Assembly (NCBI GenBank): GCA_041742355.1
Contig: JBGSIV010000304.1
Span: 1-52,497 of the forward strand
Direction of reading: 5' to 3'
DNA: 52,497 nucleotides
Source: Candidatus Zixiibacteriota bacterium
GTDB taxonomy: Bacteria; Zixibacteria; MSB-5A5; GN15; FEB-12
A program made the position numbers and the translations under genes. Below, in pieces: positions 38,798 to 49,173 of this stretch (its first letter is position 1; each line of letters starts with the position of its first letter). The notes under the pieces were generated by a model. The model was not told where the DNA came from, ran no database searches, and worked only from the letters and a program-made list of their open reading frames with translations.

Positions 38798-39156
38798 ATG
38801 GGTACCCTCAATCGTTTACGTGTTCGGCGTCTCGATTGATGTCGGGCGTGGGGAGGGGCTCAAGAGAAATGTATGCAGGGGGAGAGGGGATGTCAAGGTT
38901 GTATCGGGCGTGCATCTTCAATTGCCGATGGTTGGACGGGCGCGCCGCGATGAGACCCCGTTCAGTACATGAATTGATGATAGGCTAATGACTACTCCTA
39001 TCCAACTTCACAGCTCCACTGAACGCCCAAGAAACCATCGTCGTGTAGCCGAGGACAAGCGGCACGTGATCAGCGCGATGATGCTCCTATCGAAAGAAAC
39101 CCATCTGGTCAACAGGGTCTCGGTTTGCCAATAGAACCTCCTCAAAGGTCGCTGAA

Positions 39157-40893
39157 CTAGCACGCGACGGGTGCGGGGCCTCCCTTAAATAGGAAGTTCA
39201 CCAGATAAGTAAGATCGGAAACGACCGTCGACCCATCTCCATTAACGTCGCCATGCGCTTGGCACACGGGGGCAGGACCGGATCGGAACAGATAGTTGAC
39301 GAGGGACGTCAGGTCTGAGACATTTATGCCGCCTGAACCATCGAGGTCACCGCGCTTCGTACAGCATGGCAGGAGAGTCATTGCGCCCATTATGTCGGGA
39401 CGTGGCCCGATGTTCTGGGAGAGAGGGAAGGTGCCGTTCTGTTGAGGGGAGCCGGTGGCTTTGAGAATAGTGAGCATGGTCAGCGGGGAGAGGGGGCTTC
39501 CGCCGGCAGTGACTTCGCGCATTGACTCCAGAAGAGCCACCGCGGAGGCGACAATCGGCGAGGCGCTGGAGGTACCCGAGAACGTGCTCGTATACCAGAG
39601 ATTCTGTCCTTCGGCGGAGTAGAAACCGCCGTAGCCGAGGGTCATGACATTTTCGCCCCAGCCTTGCAGATCGATGCGGGATCCGTAGTTTGAGAACCAG
39701 AGGCGGGAACGGTCGTTGTCGGATCCACCGAAGGCGGCAGGAGAAGCGCCGGCGCCGACTATGATAGCTCCCGAGTTGTTGCCCGGCAGGAAGGGCCAAT
39801 GGCCGCCATTGCCAACCGCATAAATGGGGGCGTCGAGATCCTCGGCGCCGTTCCCTGCGGCCTCAACGACGTGGATGCCATTTCCGACGGCAGTGAGAAT
39901 GATGTTGTACCAGGACTGCCACCACTCAACCGGAATGAGCCCGTTCTGGGTGCCGGGGGGGACGCCGGTGTAGTTTGGGCCGGCCATCTGCTGTTCGATG
40001 AGCCAGACGTCGCCGGGGCCGTAGAAACCGAGCATCCAGGACATGGCGGCTCCGAGGTCCCAGGAGCTGCTGAGGTAGGTCGGGGAGACGTCTATGGTCA
40101 TGTTCCACGCGCCGCCGATAGTGCCCCAGCCATTCATCATGCTGACCAATTCGCCGAGGACGGCGGTGCCGTGGTTATTGTCGGAGAAGGGATCGCTCGG
40201 CGTGTACATGGGGTTGTAGAAGTAGCCAACCGGGGGGAGATCCTGGTGGCCGAGATTCCAGGAGTATTCGAAGTCGCACACTTTGACCGGGCAGATTCCG
40301 GGGGGACAGGATCCGCCGGGCAGCCCCCAGAAAGTCTGGGCACCGGTGCCGACCGGGGCTGGGAAGTGGTAGCCCTGACCGCCGGAGAAATCAGGTGGTA
40401 CCGGGGCGGGCATGGCCAGGGGCATGGCGGCGGCCATCTCAACATCCGGCAAGGCGTTGAGCTGGTCAATCCATTCGGTCGTGGAGATACCGGCAGGGAC
40501 CTGCAGAATGAAGTAGTTGTTCAGGTCGGCGATCGCGCGGGACAAATTGGCCTCAGCGGTCTCACGGTAGCGGTCGATCTCGCCTTCAGCGAGCGCCGGC
40601 ATGCGCCGCCAAGTACCGCCGGCATCGGCGATAGTCGAGAAGATTGCTGAGGCAGCGGCAGATTTGAGCGAGATACCGGAACGGCCCGCGGGGATGCCGT
40701 CGGCGGAAAGTGCGATGTCCAGGTGGTCGAGGAATTTTACCTCCACGTGGCGGGCATCGTAGCCCGGCATAACAGATGATTGCACGGGTTTTGGTGGCAA
40801 GGTACGGGGAGCGATCTGGCTGGCGCCGGAAGGCTCCGCCGCAGACAAGATCAGGACCAGCCCCAGTACTAAGAGCGCAGTGGGAGTACGCAT
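39157..40893 (-). CDS. Secreted S8 subtilase with C-terminal dockerin-like domain
   Basis: Catalytic D (DFEYS), H (HGTAV), oxyanion AAGNG, S (FSGTSSASP); signal peptide; GDLDGSG...SDLTSLVNYLF. Confidence 0.9.
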   Translation of the reverse strand: MRTPTALLVLGLVLILSAAEPSGASQIAPRTLPPKPVQSSVMPGYDARHVEVKFLDHLDIALSADGIPAGRSGISLKSAAASAIFSTIADAGGTWRRMPALAEGEIDRYRETAEANLSRAIADLNNYFILQVPAGISTTEWIDQLNALPDVEMAAAMPLAMPAPVPPDFSGGQGYHFPAPVGTGAQTFWGLPGGSCPPGICPVKVCDFEYSWNLGHQDLPPVGYFYNPMYTPSDPFSDNNHGTAVLGELVSMMNGWGTIGGAWNMTIDVSPTYLSSSWDLGAAMSWMLGFYGPGDVWLIEQQMAGPNYTGVPPGTQNGLIPVEWWQSWYNIILTAVGNGIHVVEAAGNGAEDLDAPIYAVGNGGHWPFLPGNNSGAIIVGAGASPAAFGGSDNDRSRLWFSNYGSRIDLQGWGENVMTLGYGGFYSAEGQNLWYTSTFSGTSSASPIVASAVALLESMREVTAGGSPLSPLTMLTILKATGSPQQNGTFPLSQNIGPRPDIMGAMTLLPCCTKRGDLDGSGGINVSDLTSLVNYLFRSGPAPVCQAHGDVNGDGSTVVSDLTYLVNFLFKGGPAPVAC

Positions 40894-41079
40894 GAAAACC
40901 TCCTGCGGGTCAGCGAACTCGTATCCGGAGACGTTATATTGCCTGCTAGCCAACTGGACATGTGAATCGCCGTCAGCGATTGGAGCGTGTACGTGACGAC
41001 TGACGATCTCGCAGTACTAACATAGGCAGAAGCGTCTTGATTGTCAAGCAGATTGCCGCGTTCAGCCCTCACGCCGGAA

Positions 41080-42102
41080 TCAGTAACTACTCTTATCCAG
41101 CTTCACCTTTCCCCTAAACACCCAGTAGATCGTCGTCGTGTAACCAAGCACCAACGGCATCCCGATCAGCGCAATGATCCCCATTATCCCCAATGTCTTC
41201 TGCGACGACGCCGCATTGTAAATCGTCAGGCTGTTCGCCTCGGGATTGATACTGGAGAGAATGATGTTCGGAAACATATCCACCCCGAACAACACCAGCA
41301 GAAAGAACATCGCGAACGCGCTCGACAAAAAGGCGCGGAAATCCCGTCCGTGATGAATCTCTCTGGGAATATTCGCAATCGCCAGCATATTCAGAAGCGG
41401 CAACGCAAACAGCACCGGGTTCTCGCGGATGTTGTTGGTCATGTGCGGGACATACAAGAGCGTCGCCATCGTGGTCGTCGCGTAGCAGATGATGAAGAAG
41501 ATAATCGTGTTGTTGATCCAGCCGCGGACCTTTTCGTGCATCTCCCCTTCGGTCTTGAGCGTCACATAAATCGCCCCGTGCATCATGAACAGCGCCACCG
41601 TCGTGACCCCCACCAGCAGGGCATACGGATTGAGCAGGTCAAAAAACCCGCCGACATACACATGCCGCTCGTCCAGGGCGATCCCCCAGGCGATATTCCC
41701 CAGCGCCACCCCGATAAGCAACGACCCGAGAATCGACGCCCCGGTGAAACTGATATCCCAGGCCTGACGCCAGACTCTCGATTCCCGCTTGGAGCGGAAC
41801 TCGATCGCAACCGCCCGGAAAATCAGCGCAAACAGAAGCAGCATGAGGGGGATATAGAACCCCGAAAACGCCGAGGCATACACCTCGGGAAACGCCGCGA
41901 AGAGCGCACCGCCGCCGGTGACCAGCCAGACCTCGTTGCCGTCCCATACCGGCCCGATCGAGTTCATCATCACCCGGCGCTCGGAATCGGTCTTCGTGAA
42001 CAGGTGCAATGCCCCGACCCCGAGGTCGAAACCGTCGAGAATGGCATACCCGATAAACAGTAGGCCGACCAGCCCAAACCAGAGAGAGTTGAGATCCATC
42101 AT
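41080..42102 (-). CDS. cydB: Cytochrome bd ubiquinol oxidase subunit II
   Basis: LDGFDLGVG, PVWDGNEVWL, FRAVAIEFR, Y.VFRGK; ATGA overlap with cydA. Confidence 0.95.
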   Translation of the reverse strand: MMDLNSLWFGLVGLLFIGYAILDGFDLGVGALHLFTKTDSERRVMMNSIGPVWDGNEVWLVTGGGALFAAFPEVYASAFSGFYIPLMLLLFALIFRAVAIEFRSKRESRVWRQAWDISFTGASILGSLLIGVALGNIAWGIALDERHVYVGGFFDLLNPYALLVGVTTVALFMMHGAIYVTLKTEGEMHEKVRGWINNTIIFFIICYATTTMATLLYVPHMTNNIRENPVLFALPLLNMLAIANIPREIHHGRDFRAFLSSAFAMFFLLVLFGVDMFPNIILSSINPEANSLTIYNAASSQKTLGIMGIIALIGMPLVLGYTTTIYWVFRGKVKLDKSSY

Positions 42103-43472
42103 GCGCGGGGACCCTCCTTGGCGATAACGGGGACGTCGTCGGTCGGTTCGTCGTGGACATCGGGGCCGTGCTGGATTTTGTCGTTGAGCAGATAGATGAA
42201 CAGCGCGCCCAACAGCAGGTAGATCAGGCCGAACATGATGAGCGACCCCCACACCTGCCCGGTGGTGACATTTGTGCTGGCAGCTTCGCTGGTGCGCAGG
42301 AGCCCCTGCACAATCCACGGCTGGCGGCCGACCTCGGCGGTGAACCAGCCGAGCTGATTGGCCAGCTCAGGGAGAATCACGCTGAACACGAGTATCCACA
42401 GAAACCACCGTTTTTCCCAAAGGCTGTTGCGCCGCCAGAACCACAGCGACATCAGGCTCAGCGCAATGAGCCCCAGCCCGATCCCGACCATCGCATGGTA
42501 GCTCTGGAATGTAGGGTTGACCGGCGGACGATCCTCCACCGGGAACGCACGAAGGCCCGTGACCGGGACATCCGCGTCCCAATGGATCAGAAAACTGAGA
42601 AATCCGGGGATCTTGGGGCCGTAGACAGTCTCGGATCCTTCATCGACCCAGCCAAACAGGTAGGAGTCGGCCGGAGCCGATTCGGGGTAGTGCCCCTCGA
42701 ACGCCGCCAGTTTGGCTGGCTGGTGCTCGGCCACGACATTGGCGGAGCTGTGGCCCGTAACCAGCTGCAGGATCGACGCGACAACCCCGATGACAATAGC
42801 CACCTTCATGCTCCCGATGGCGAAATCCCGATGTTTGCGTCGCAGGAGGTACCAGGCGGACACGCTCAGGACGAAGAAGACGCCCGCCTGCCAGGCTCCC
42901 ATGTAGACATGGCTGATGCGATCGAGGAACGAGGGGTTGAAAACAACCCCCCAAAAATCGACCGTCTCGGCGCGCAGACCATTGGCATGCTCGACAATGT
43001 GATGCCCCGCCGGGGTTTGCTGCCACGAGTTGGCGACCACAATCCAGATGGCCGAGAAATGCGCGCCCAGGCACACGAGAATGGTCGCCCAGAAGTGCGT
43101 GATCGGCTTGACCTTCTCCCAACCGAAGAGGAGAATCGCGAGAAATCCGGACTCGAGGAAGAACGCGAAAATCCCCTCGGCGGCCAGCGCCGATCCGAAA
43201 ACATCACCGACAAATCGCGAGTAGACCGCCCAGTTGGTGCCGAACTGGAACTCCATGACGATACCGGTGGCGACACCGAGCGCGAAGATCAGCCCGAAGA
43301 TCCGCACCCAGAACCGGGTAATATTCTCCCAGAGCTTGTTCTTGGTCTTGAGGTAGATCCCCTCGGTGATGACGAGGAAAAGGCCAAGGCCGATGCTGAG
43401 AACCGGGAAGATGTAGTGAAAGCTGATGGTCAGGCCAAACTGGAGCCGGGAAAGCCAGGTTACATCGTCCAT
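42099..43472 (-). CDS. cydA: Cytochrome bd ubiquinol oxidase subunit I (short Q-loop)
   Basis: SRLQF...[52 protein letters not shown]. Confidence 0.95.
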   Translation of the reverse strand: MDDVTWLSRLQFGLTISFHYIFPVLSIGLGLFLVITEGIYLKTKNKLWENITRFWVRIFGLIFALGVATGIVMEFQFGTNWAVYSRFVGDVFGSALAAEGIFAFFLESGFLAILLFGWEKVKPITHFWATILVCLGAHFSAIWIVVANSWQQTPAGHHIVEHANGLRAETVDFWGVVFNPSFLDRISHVYMGAWQAGVFFVLSVSAWYLLRRKHRDFAIGSMKVAIVIGVVASILQLVTGHSSANVVAEHQPAKLAAFEGHYPESAPADSYLFGWVDEGSETVYGPKIPGFLSFLIHWDADVPVTGLRAFPVEDRPPVNPTFQSYHAMVGIGLGLIALSLMSLWFWRRNSLWEKRWFLWILVFSVILPELANQLGWFTAEVGRQPWIVQGLLRTSEAASTNVTTGQVWGSLIMFGLIYLLLGALFIYLLNDKIQHGPDVHDEPTDDVPVIAKEGPRA

Positions 43473-43638
43473 GCGCATCCTTTCAACGGGTATCGGTCCT
43501 GAGGATAAGGTAGTGAGCGAGTAGGGTGCGTCAAGAGGAAAGTGCGGAGACCTCACATCACGCCTGCAACGGGCGCGGCCCTTCACATGCCGACGAAGCC
43601 GAAGGGCCTCACAGCGGGCTACTGCGTACTCGCGTACC

Positions 43639-43656
43639 TATTCGACAAGTCGAATA
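43639..43656. promoter_or_regulatory. Perfect inverted repeat, candidate operator
   Basis: TATTCGAC-aa-GTCGAATA in the divergent intergenic region, 4 nt before a -35 box. Confidence 0.5.
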
Positions 43657-43660
43657 TCGC

Positions 43661-43689
43661 TTGACAGATCTCCGGATCCACATTAGCTT
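43661..43689 (+). promoter_or_regulatory. Sigma70 promoter
   Basis: TTGACA-17 nt-TAGCTT. Confidence 0.6.
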
Positions 43690-43934
43690 GATATCAGCAT
43701 TTCGCATTGGGCCGTATTTCAGGACGATTCAGGAATTTCCACGTACTCGCGAGGTGACAGCGCGATTGCCTGTTTCGCGACGGCCGATGTGGGGGCGCGC
43801 TGATGTGTTTCGACCGAGAGGGAGGTCGCGTCAGACGCGAAGATCCGCCTCTCCTTCCGGTTCTCTATAGTCCTAATCTTTTGCCATTGATCGACGGACT
43901 CGGTGAGTCTTCACCACGAACTCAGGGAGGTGCT

Positions 43935-46900
43935 ATGAGTTTGACGCGTGTTCTCCCAGTTCTCGCCATCGGCCTATGCCTGGCCGTTTCCGCAGCCGCA
44001 CAGGACCCGAATGACCCCGGTATTCCCGATACCGTGGCGTTGGTGATTTCCGGCCCCTGCCCCGACAACTCTCCCCAGCAGTTGAAAGTCAAGGTGGAGC
44101 TGTGGGTGTTCTCGGATCACACTGTGGTGGGAAGTTCGGCCGGATTCAAATGGGACAATCCCAAGCTGGTCATGGACAGCGCCAGGGTCGCGCCGCTGGT
44201 GGCCACCGCCTACGACCTGGGATCGTTCGTATACGAAGGCAACAATATCGCCACGACCAACGCCAACCAACGGTTCATGCTCAGCGGAACCATAATGAGC
44301 TCCAGCGGTATTCCCGGAAGTGCCGCCGGGCGAAGACTCTGGGCCACCTACTACTTCACGCTGACATCGTGGACGACGACCGATCTGATCATCTTCGACA
44401 CCCTCACGTTCAACAACGGATCCGAATGGATCATGACGCAGCAGGAGACCGGATCGCCGGCGGATTACAGCGCACGGTGGAAAGGGAAGCTGTATATCGG
44501 GAACGAATGCCTGTTCTGCATCGATCCCGATGGCGACGGATACGGCGATCCCACTATCCCAGGCCAGAACTGCGCCCCCGACAACTGCCCCACGGTGAAC
44601 AACCCGACTCAGGCAGACTCGGATGCCGACGGAGTCGGCACCGCCTGCGACAACTGCCCGACAGTCAGCAACGCAAATCAGTCCGACGGCGACGCCGACG
44701 GGGACGGCGATGTCTGCGACAACTGCCCGACAGTCAGCAACCCCACCCAGGCCAACCAGGACGGGGATACCAAGGGGGACGCTTGCGATAACTGCCCCAC
44801 CGTCTCGAATTCCAACCAGACCAACTCGGACGGTGACTCGTTTGGCGACGTCTGCGACAATTGCCCGACCGTGACCAACCAGACGCAGGCGAACCAGGAT
44901 GGCGATTCGAGGGGAGATGCCTGCGACAATTGCCCCACCGTCAGCAACTCCGATCAGGCCGATTCGGACGGCGACGGCAAGGGGAACGTCTGTGACAACT
45001 GCCCCACGATCAGCAACGCCAACCAGTTGGATGGTGACGGCGACGGCAAGGGAGATCTCTGCGACAACTGCCCGACCGTGGCCAACTCTGATCAGACGGA
45101 CAGCGACGGTGACGGCAAGGGCAATGCCTGTGACAACTGCCCCACGATCAGCAACGCCAACCAGTTGGACGGCGACGGTGACGGCACCGGCGACGCCTGT
45201 GACAACTGCCCCGCCATCGCCAATGCCGACCAGGCGAACGCCGACGGGGACGCGTTCGGGGATTTGTGCGACGCCTGCCCGCAGGATGCCCAGAATGACA
45301 TCGACCAGGACGGCCACTGTGCGAACGTCGACAACTGCCCAACGGTGGCCAACTCGGATCAGGCCGACGGAGATGGGGATGGTAAAGGAGATTTGTGCGA
45401 CAATTGCCCGACCGTGAGCAACGCCAACCAGGCTGATGGCGACGCCGACGGCAAGGGCGACCTCTGCGACAACTGCCCGACCGTGAGCAACGCTAACCAG
45501 GCTGACGGCGACGCCGACGGCAAGGGCGACCTCTGTGACAACTGCCCGACCGTCGAGAACGCCGACCAGGCCGACGGGGATAGTGACGGTGACGGCGATC
45601 TCTGTGACAACTGTCCGACCGCAGCCAACCCCAACCAGCAAAACGGCGACGCTGACACCTTCGGGGATGTCTGTGACAACTGCCCCACCATCACCAATCA
45701 GGATCAGGCCGATCTGGACAGCGACACCAGGGGAGATCTCTGCGATAACTGCCCCGACGTTAGCAATGCCGATCAGGCTGACGGCGATACCGACGGGAAG
45801 GGAGATCTCTGCGACAACTGCCCGACCGTGGCCAATGCCGATCAGGCGGATGGGGATCTCGACGGCACCGGGGATCTGTGTGACAACTGCCCGCAGATTG
45901 CTAACGCCGACCAGCAGGACAGCGATAGTGACGGGATCGGCGATCTCTGCGACCAGTGCCCGTTCGATGCGCAGAATGACATCGACGGTGACGGTCTCTG
46001 CGGCGATGTCGACAACTGCCCGGCGACGGCGAATGAGTTCCAGGAGGATCTCGACCAGGACGGCGTCGGCGACGTCTGCGACAACTGCATGAACATCGCC
46101 AACACCGACCAGGCCGATGCCGACATGGACGGTGTCGGGAACCTCTGCGACAACTGCCCGGCCAACGCCAACGCCGACCAGGCCGACGGCGATCAGGACG
46201 GCGTCGGCGACGTCTGCGACAACTGCGCGGTTGTCGAGAACACCAATCAGGCCGACGGCGACAACGACGATGTCGGCGACGTTTGCGACAACTGCCCGAC
46301 CGCCGCGAACACAAACCAGGCCGATGGCGATCTGGACGGCATCGGAACCGTGTGTGACAACTGCCCGACCAATGCCAACACCGATCAGGCCGATGCCGAC
46401 ACCGATACCGTCGGCGATGCCTGCGACAACTGCCCGGTCGACGCCAACACCGATCAGGCGGATGGCGATCTCGACCGGGTCGGCACAGTCTGCGACAACT
46501 GCCCCACAGTCGCCAATGCCGCCCAGGAGGACGGCGACCAGGACGGTATCGGCGACGTCTGCGACAACTGCCCCACAATCGCCAATGCCCTCCAGGATGA
46601 CTCTGACAGCGACGGTATCGGCGACGCCTGCGACCAGTGCCCGCTCGATGCGCAGAACGATATCGACCAGGACGGTGTCTGCGGCGATGTCGACAATTGC
46701 CCGACCACGGCCAACTCCCTGCAGGAGGATCAGGATCTGGACGGACTCGGGGACGTCTGCGACAACTGCGTCGCGACGTCGAACCTCAACCAGGCGAATG
46801 CCGACGGCGACCTGTACGGCGACGCCTGCGACAACTGTGTTGCCACCCCCAATAACGACCAGGCGGATGTCGATCAGGACAACGTCGGCGACGTCTGCGA

Positions 46901-47294
46901 CAATTGCCGCGATGATGCCAACACGAACCAGCTCGATACCGATCTGCCCACCTACGGCGGGCCGGATGGTATCGGCGACGTCTGCGACAACTGCCCCCTG
47001 CATAACAACCCCGGCCAGCAGGATACCGATCTCGACGGGATCGGGGACGTCTGCGACGGATGCTGTGAGGGAATTCGCGGCAATGTCAACGGGGACAGCC
47101 AGGAGAGGATCGACGTGAGCGACCTGACCTTCCTGGTGGTCTATATCTTCCGAGCGGGTGCCGAGCCGCCCTGTCTCGAGGAGGCCGATATCATCGGTGA
47201 CGGAGGACCACAGCCGGTGAAGATTTCGGATTTGACTTACCTGGTTAACTACCTGTTCAAGGGAGGGCTGGCGCCGACTCCTTGCCCGTGGTGA
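43935..47294 (+). CDS. Secreted thrombospondin type-3 repeat protein with N-terminal beta-sandwich (cohesin-like) and C-terminal dockerin-like domain
   Basis: RBS GGAGG; signal peptide; about 36 CDNCP..N..Q.D.D.DG.GD repeats; GNVNGD...SDLTFLV...SDLTYLVNYLFKGG. Confidence 0.9.
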   Translation: MSLTRVLPVLAIGLCLAVSAAAQDPNDPGIPDTVALVISGPCPDNSPQQLKVKVELWVFSDHTVVGSSAGFKWDNPKLVMDSARVAPLVATAYDLGSFVYEGNNIATTNANQRFMLSGTIMSSSGIPGSAAGRRLWATYYFTLTSWTTTDLIIFDTLTFNNGSEWIMTQQETGSPADYSARWKGKLYIGNECLFCIDPDGDGYGDPTIPGQNCAPDNCPTVNNPTQADSDADGVGTACDNCPTVSNANQSDGDADGDGDVCDNCPTVSNPTQANQDGDTKGDACDNCPTVSNSNQTNSDGDSFGDVCDNCPTVTNQTQANQDGDSRGDACDNCPTVSNSDQADSDGDGKGNVCDNCPTISNANQLDGDGDGKGDLCDNCPTVANSDQTDSDGDGKGNACDNCPTISNANQLDGDGDGTGDACDNCPAIANADQANADGDAFGDLCDACPQDAQNDIDQDGHCANVDNCPTVANSDQADGDGDGKGDLCDNCPTVSNANQADGDADGKGDLCDNCPTVSNANQADGDADGKGDLCDNCPTVENADQADGDSDGDGDLCDNCPTAANPNQQNGDADTFGDVCDNCPTITNQDQADLDSDTRGDLCDNCPDVSNADQADGDTDGKGDLCDNCPTVANADQADGDLDGTGDLCDNCPQIANADQQDSDSDGIGDLCDQCPFDAQNDIDGDGLCGDVDNCPATANEFQEDLDQDGVGDVCDNCMNIANTDQADADMDGVGNLCDNCPANANADQADGDQDGVGDVCDNCAVVENTNQADGDNDDVGDVCDNCPTAANTNQADGDLDGIGTVCDNCPTNANTDQADADTDTVGDACDNCPVDANTDQADGDLDRVGTVCDNCPTVANAAQEDGDQDGIGDVCDNCPTIANALQDDSDSDGIGDACDQCPLDAQNDIDQDGVCGDVDNCPTTANSLQEDQDLDGLGDVCDNCVATSNLNQANADGDLYGDACDNCVATPNNDQADVDQDNVGDVCDNCRDDANTNQLDTDLPTYGGPDGIGDVCDNCPLHNNPGQQDTDLDGIGDVCDGCCEGIRGNVNGDSQERIDVSDLTFLVVYIFRAGAEPPCLEEADIIGDGGPQPVKISDLTYLVNYLFKGGLAPTPCPW

Positions 47295-47329
47295 GCTGTA
47301 ACCCGTAGCGGTTAAGCGGGCAACCTCCT

Positions 47330-47362
47330 GACGCCCCCGTACCTGACGGGGGCGTTCTTTTT
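47330..47362 (+). terminator. Rho-independent terminator
   Basis: ACGCCCCCGT-acctg-ACGGGGGCGT followed by TCTTTTT. Confidence 0.85.
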
Positions 47363-47500
47363 GTGGCCGGGAACCATGGGACGAAAGCAGGGTTGCGAAC
47401 TGCCGGATATTTGTCTACCTTTGACCGCGCGGATCCTTGTGGATCCGGTGGATCGGCAATTAAGAAGAACGGCCATAACGGAACCGAAGAGGAGAACCTG

Positions 47501-48148
47501 ATGGTGGTGCGATTGGGACTGATCGCGGGAATTACGGCGCTCATGGTGAGCGCGTGTTCATCGGACAACAAGCAGGCCGGCAACGGCGCGGATACCGGGC
47601 AGGGGGCACAGCAGAGCGGGCAGTTCGCCCAGGTCAATCCGGCCGACTACGACCTATCGGGGCAGCCGACGACCGTGGCGGGACTCACGTTCACCCCGCC
47701 GACGAACTGGGTCGACCTGGGAGCCTCGGGAATGCGGCAGGCCAGCTACTACCTGCCGGCGGTGGGGGAAGATACCGATTCGGCCACCGTGACTGTGTTC
47801 TACTTCGGGCCGGGCGGCGGCGGGACAGTCGACGCCAATATCGACCGGTGGATCGGCCAGATGGCGACCGCTGAAAACGACAACCCGGCGGCGCGCGCCG
47901 CGCGCGACACCATCCAGGTCAACGGAATGCCGGTGCACTTGGTCTCAACCTCGGGCAGCTACAGCGGCTCGATGGGCGGGGCAATGGGCGGTGGATCGAT
48001 GCTCAAGGAAAACTACGAAATGGTCGGAGCGGTCGTCGAGGGCCCCGAAGGAAACCTCTTCTTCAAACTGACCGGCCCGCAGAAGACCGCCAACGAGATG
48101 CGCGGGGGATTCATGGCGATGGTGCAGAGCGTGAAGAAGGCGCAGTAG
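47501..48148 (+). CDS. Hypothetical lipoprotein
   Basis: RBS GAGGAG; lipobox VSAC; conserved-looking GGTVDANIDRWIGQ and FFKLTGP. Confidence 0.75.
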   Translation: MVVRLGLIAGITALMVSACSSDNKQAGNGADTGQGAQQSGQFAQVNPADYDLSGQPTTVAGLTFTPPTNWVDLGASGMRQASYYLPAVGEDTDSATVTVFYFGPGGGGTVDANIDRWIGQMATAENDNPAARAARDTIQVNGMPVHLVSTSGSYSGSMGGAMGGGSMLKENYEMVGAVVEGPEGNLFFKLTGPQKTANEMRGGFMAMVQSVKKAQ

Positions 48149-48172
48149 CCGCCCGAACAAATGGAACATGCG

Positions 48173-48203
48173 AAAGGCAGGCGCCGCGCGGCGCCTGCCT
48201 TTT
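48173..48203. terminator. Bidirectional terminator
   Basis: Perfect palindrome AAAGGCAGGCGCCGCGCGGCGCCTGCCTTT between convergent genes. Confidence 0.8.
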
Positions 48204-48221
48204 CTCATTCCTTCAGGGAGA

Positions 48222-48983
48222 TCATTCGGTCCGCCGCAACAACACCAGCGGGCGGGTGGACTTCGAATGCACGCTCAGGGGGGCGGCAAGATCCCAATCA
48301 TCAAACCACCCGACAAGCTCAAAATTCCGTGAAGCCGCAACCAGGTCGAGGAAAGCCTCCGCCTTCAGCGACCGGTTCCGCTCGACTGTATGGAAAACCT
48401 TCTCGACGCCGCGATCATTCACGGTCACCGTCCAGCTCTCCTCATAGAGATCCGTCTCGGCATCAAGCAGGCGCAGGGCGAAGTGAGACTCCACCCGGAT
48501 GCCATCCCGCTCGAGAGTATAGGTCGAACCGTCGAAATCGAGCGGATCCCCGAACTGCACGCAGCCGTCGAGGAGGTAAATCCCGCCGGGATTGAGGGCC
48601 CGGGCCACCGAGTCGAAGTGAGAGGCCAATTCCCCAGGGGACTCGGCATACAGCGACCCGAGCAGGACAAAGGCGAAATCGACCGGGTGGCCGAGGTGGA
48701 AGGCGGTCATGTCGCCATGGAGGAAGGTCGGTTCGGGGCTCACCCCGGACCAGCGCCGGCGGGCGTAATCGAGCATGTTGTGATTGATATCGAGGCCAAG
48801 GTAGCGGCGTCCGCTGGCCGCCAGCTCACCGGCATGGGGCGCGGTGCCGCAGCCCAGCTCGAGGGCAGTGCGCACATGAATGTCGCTGTAGCGTCGAAGA
48901 GCTTCCTCGATCACAGCCGCCTCGCTGGCGATATCGCGAAACGAGAATGCCGCCTCGTAGTAGTGCGGATAGTCGTAGAGCAC
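48222..48983 (-). CDS. Class I SAM-dependent methyltransferase
   Basis: LELGCGT, GLDIN..ML, GDM, ALNPGGIYLLD; GTG start at 48983 with AAGGA upstream. Confidence 0.9.
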   Translation of the reverse strand: MLYDYPHYYEAAFSFRDIASEAAVIEEALRRYSDIHVRTALELGCGTAPHAGELAASGRRYLGLDINHNMLDYARRRWSGVSPEPTFLHGDMTAFHLGHPVDFAFVLLGSLYAESPGELASHFDSVARALNPGGIYLLDGCVQFGDPLDFDGSTYTLERDGIRVESHFALRLLDAETDLYEESWTVTVNDRGVEKVFHTVERNRSLKAEAFLDLVAASRNFELVGWFDDWDLAAPLSVHSKSTRPLVLLRRTE

Positions 48984-49173
48984 CGGTGTATCCTTTGCCT
49001 TCCTTAAGGAGGATAACGGCGTCGAAACAGCGAGAATAAAGCACCGGGACCCTAAATAGTTTGATTGCGGACGCGAATTGTTTAAGTTCTGGTAGCACCA
49101 TGGGGAGGCGCCGACACCAGAGGTGTTCGGCACGATCTGCCCGACTCAACGAGAAACGAAAGGAGCCGTACCT

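Noticed and set aside
43974..47003. 1009-aa minus-strand ORF
   Set aside because: Antisense shadow of the GC-rich TSP3 repeat gene.
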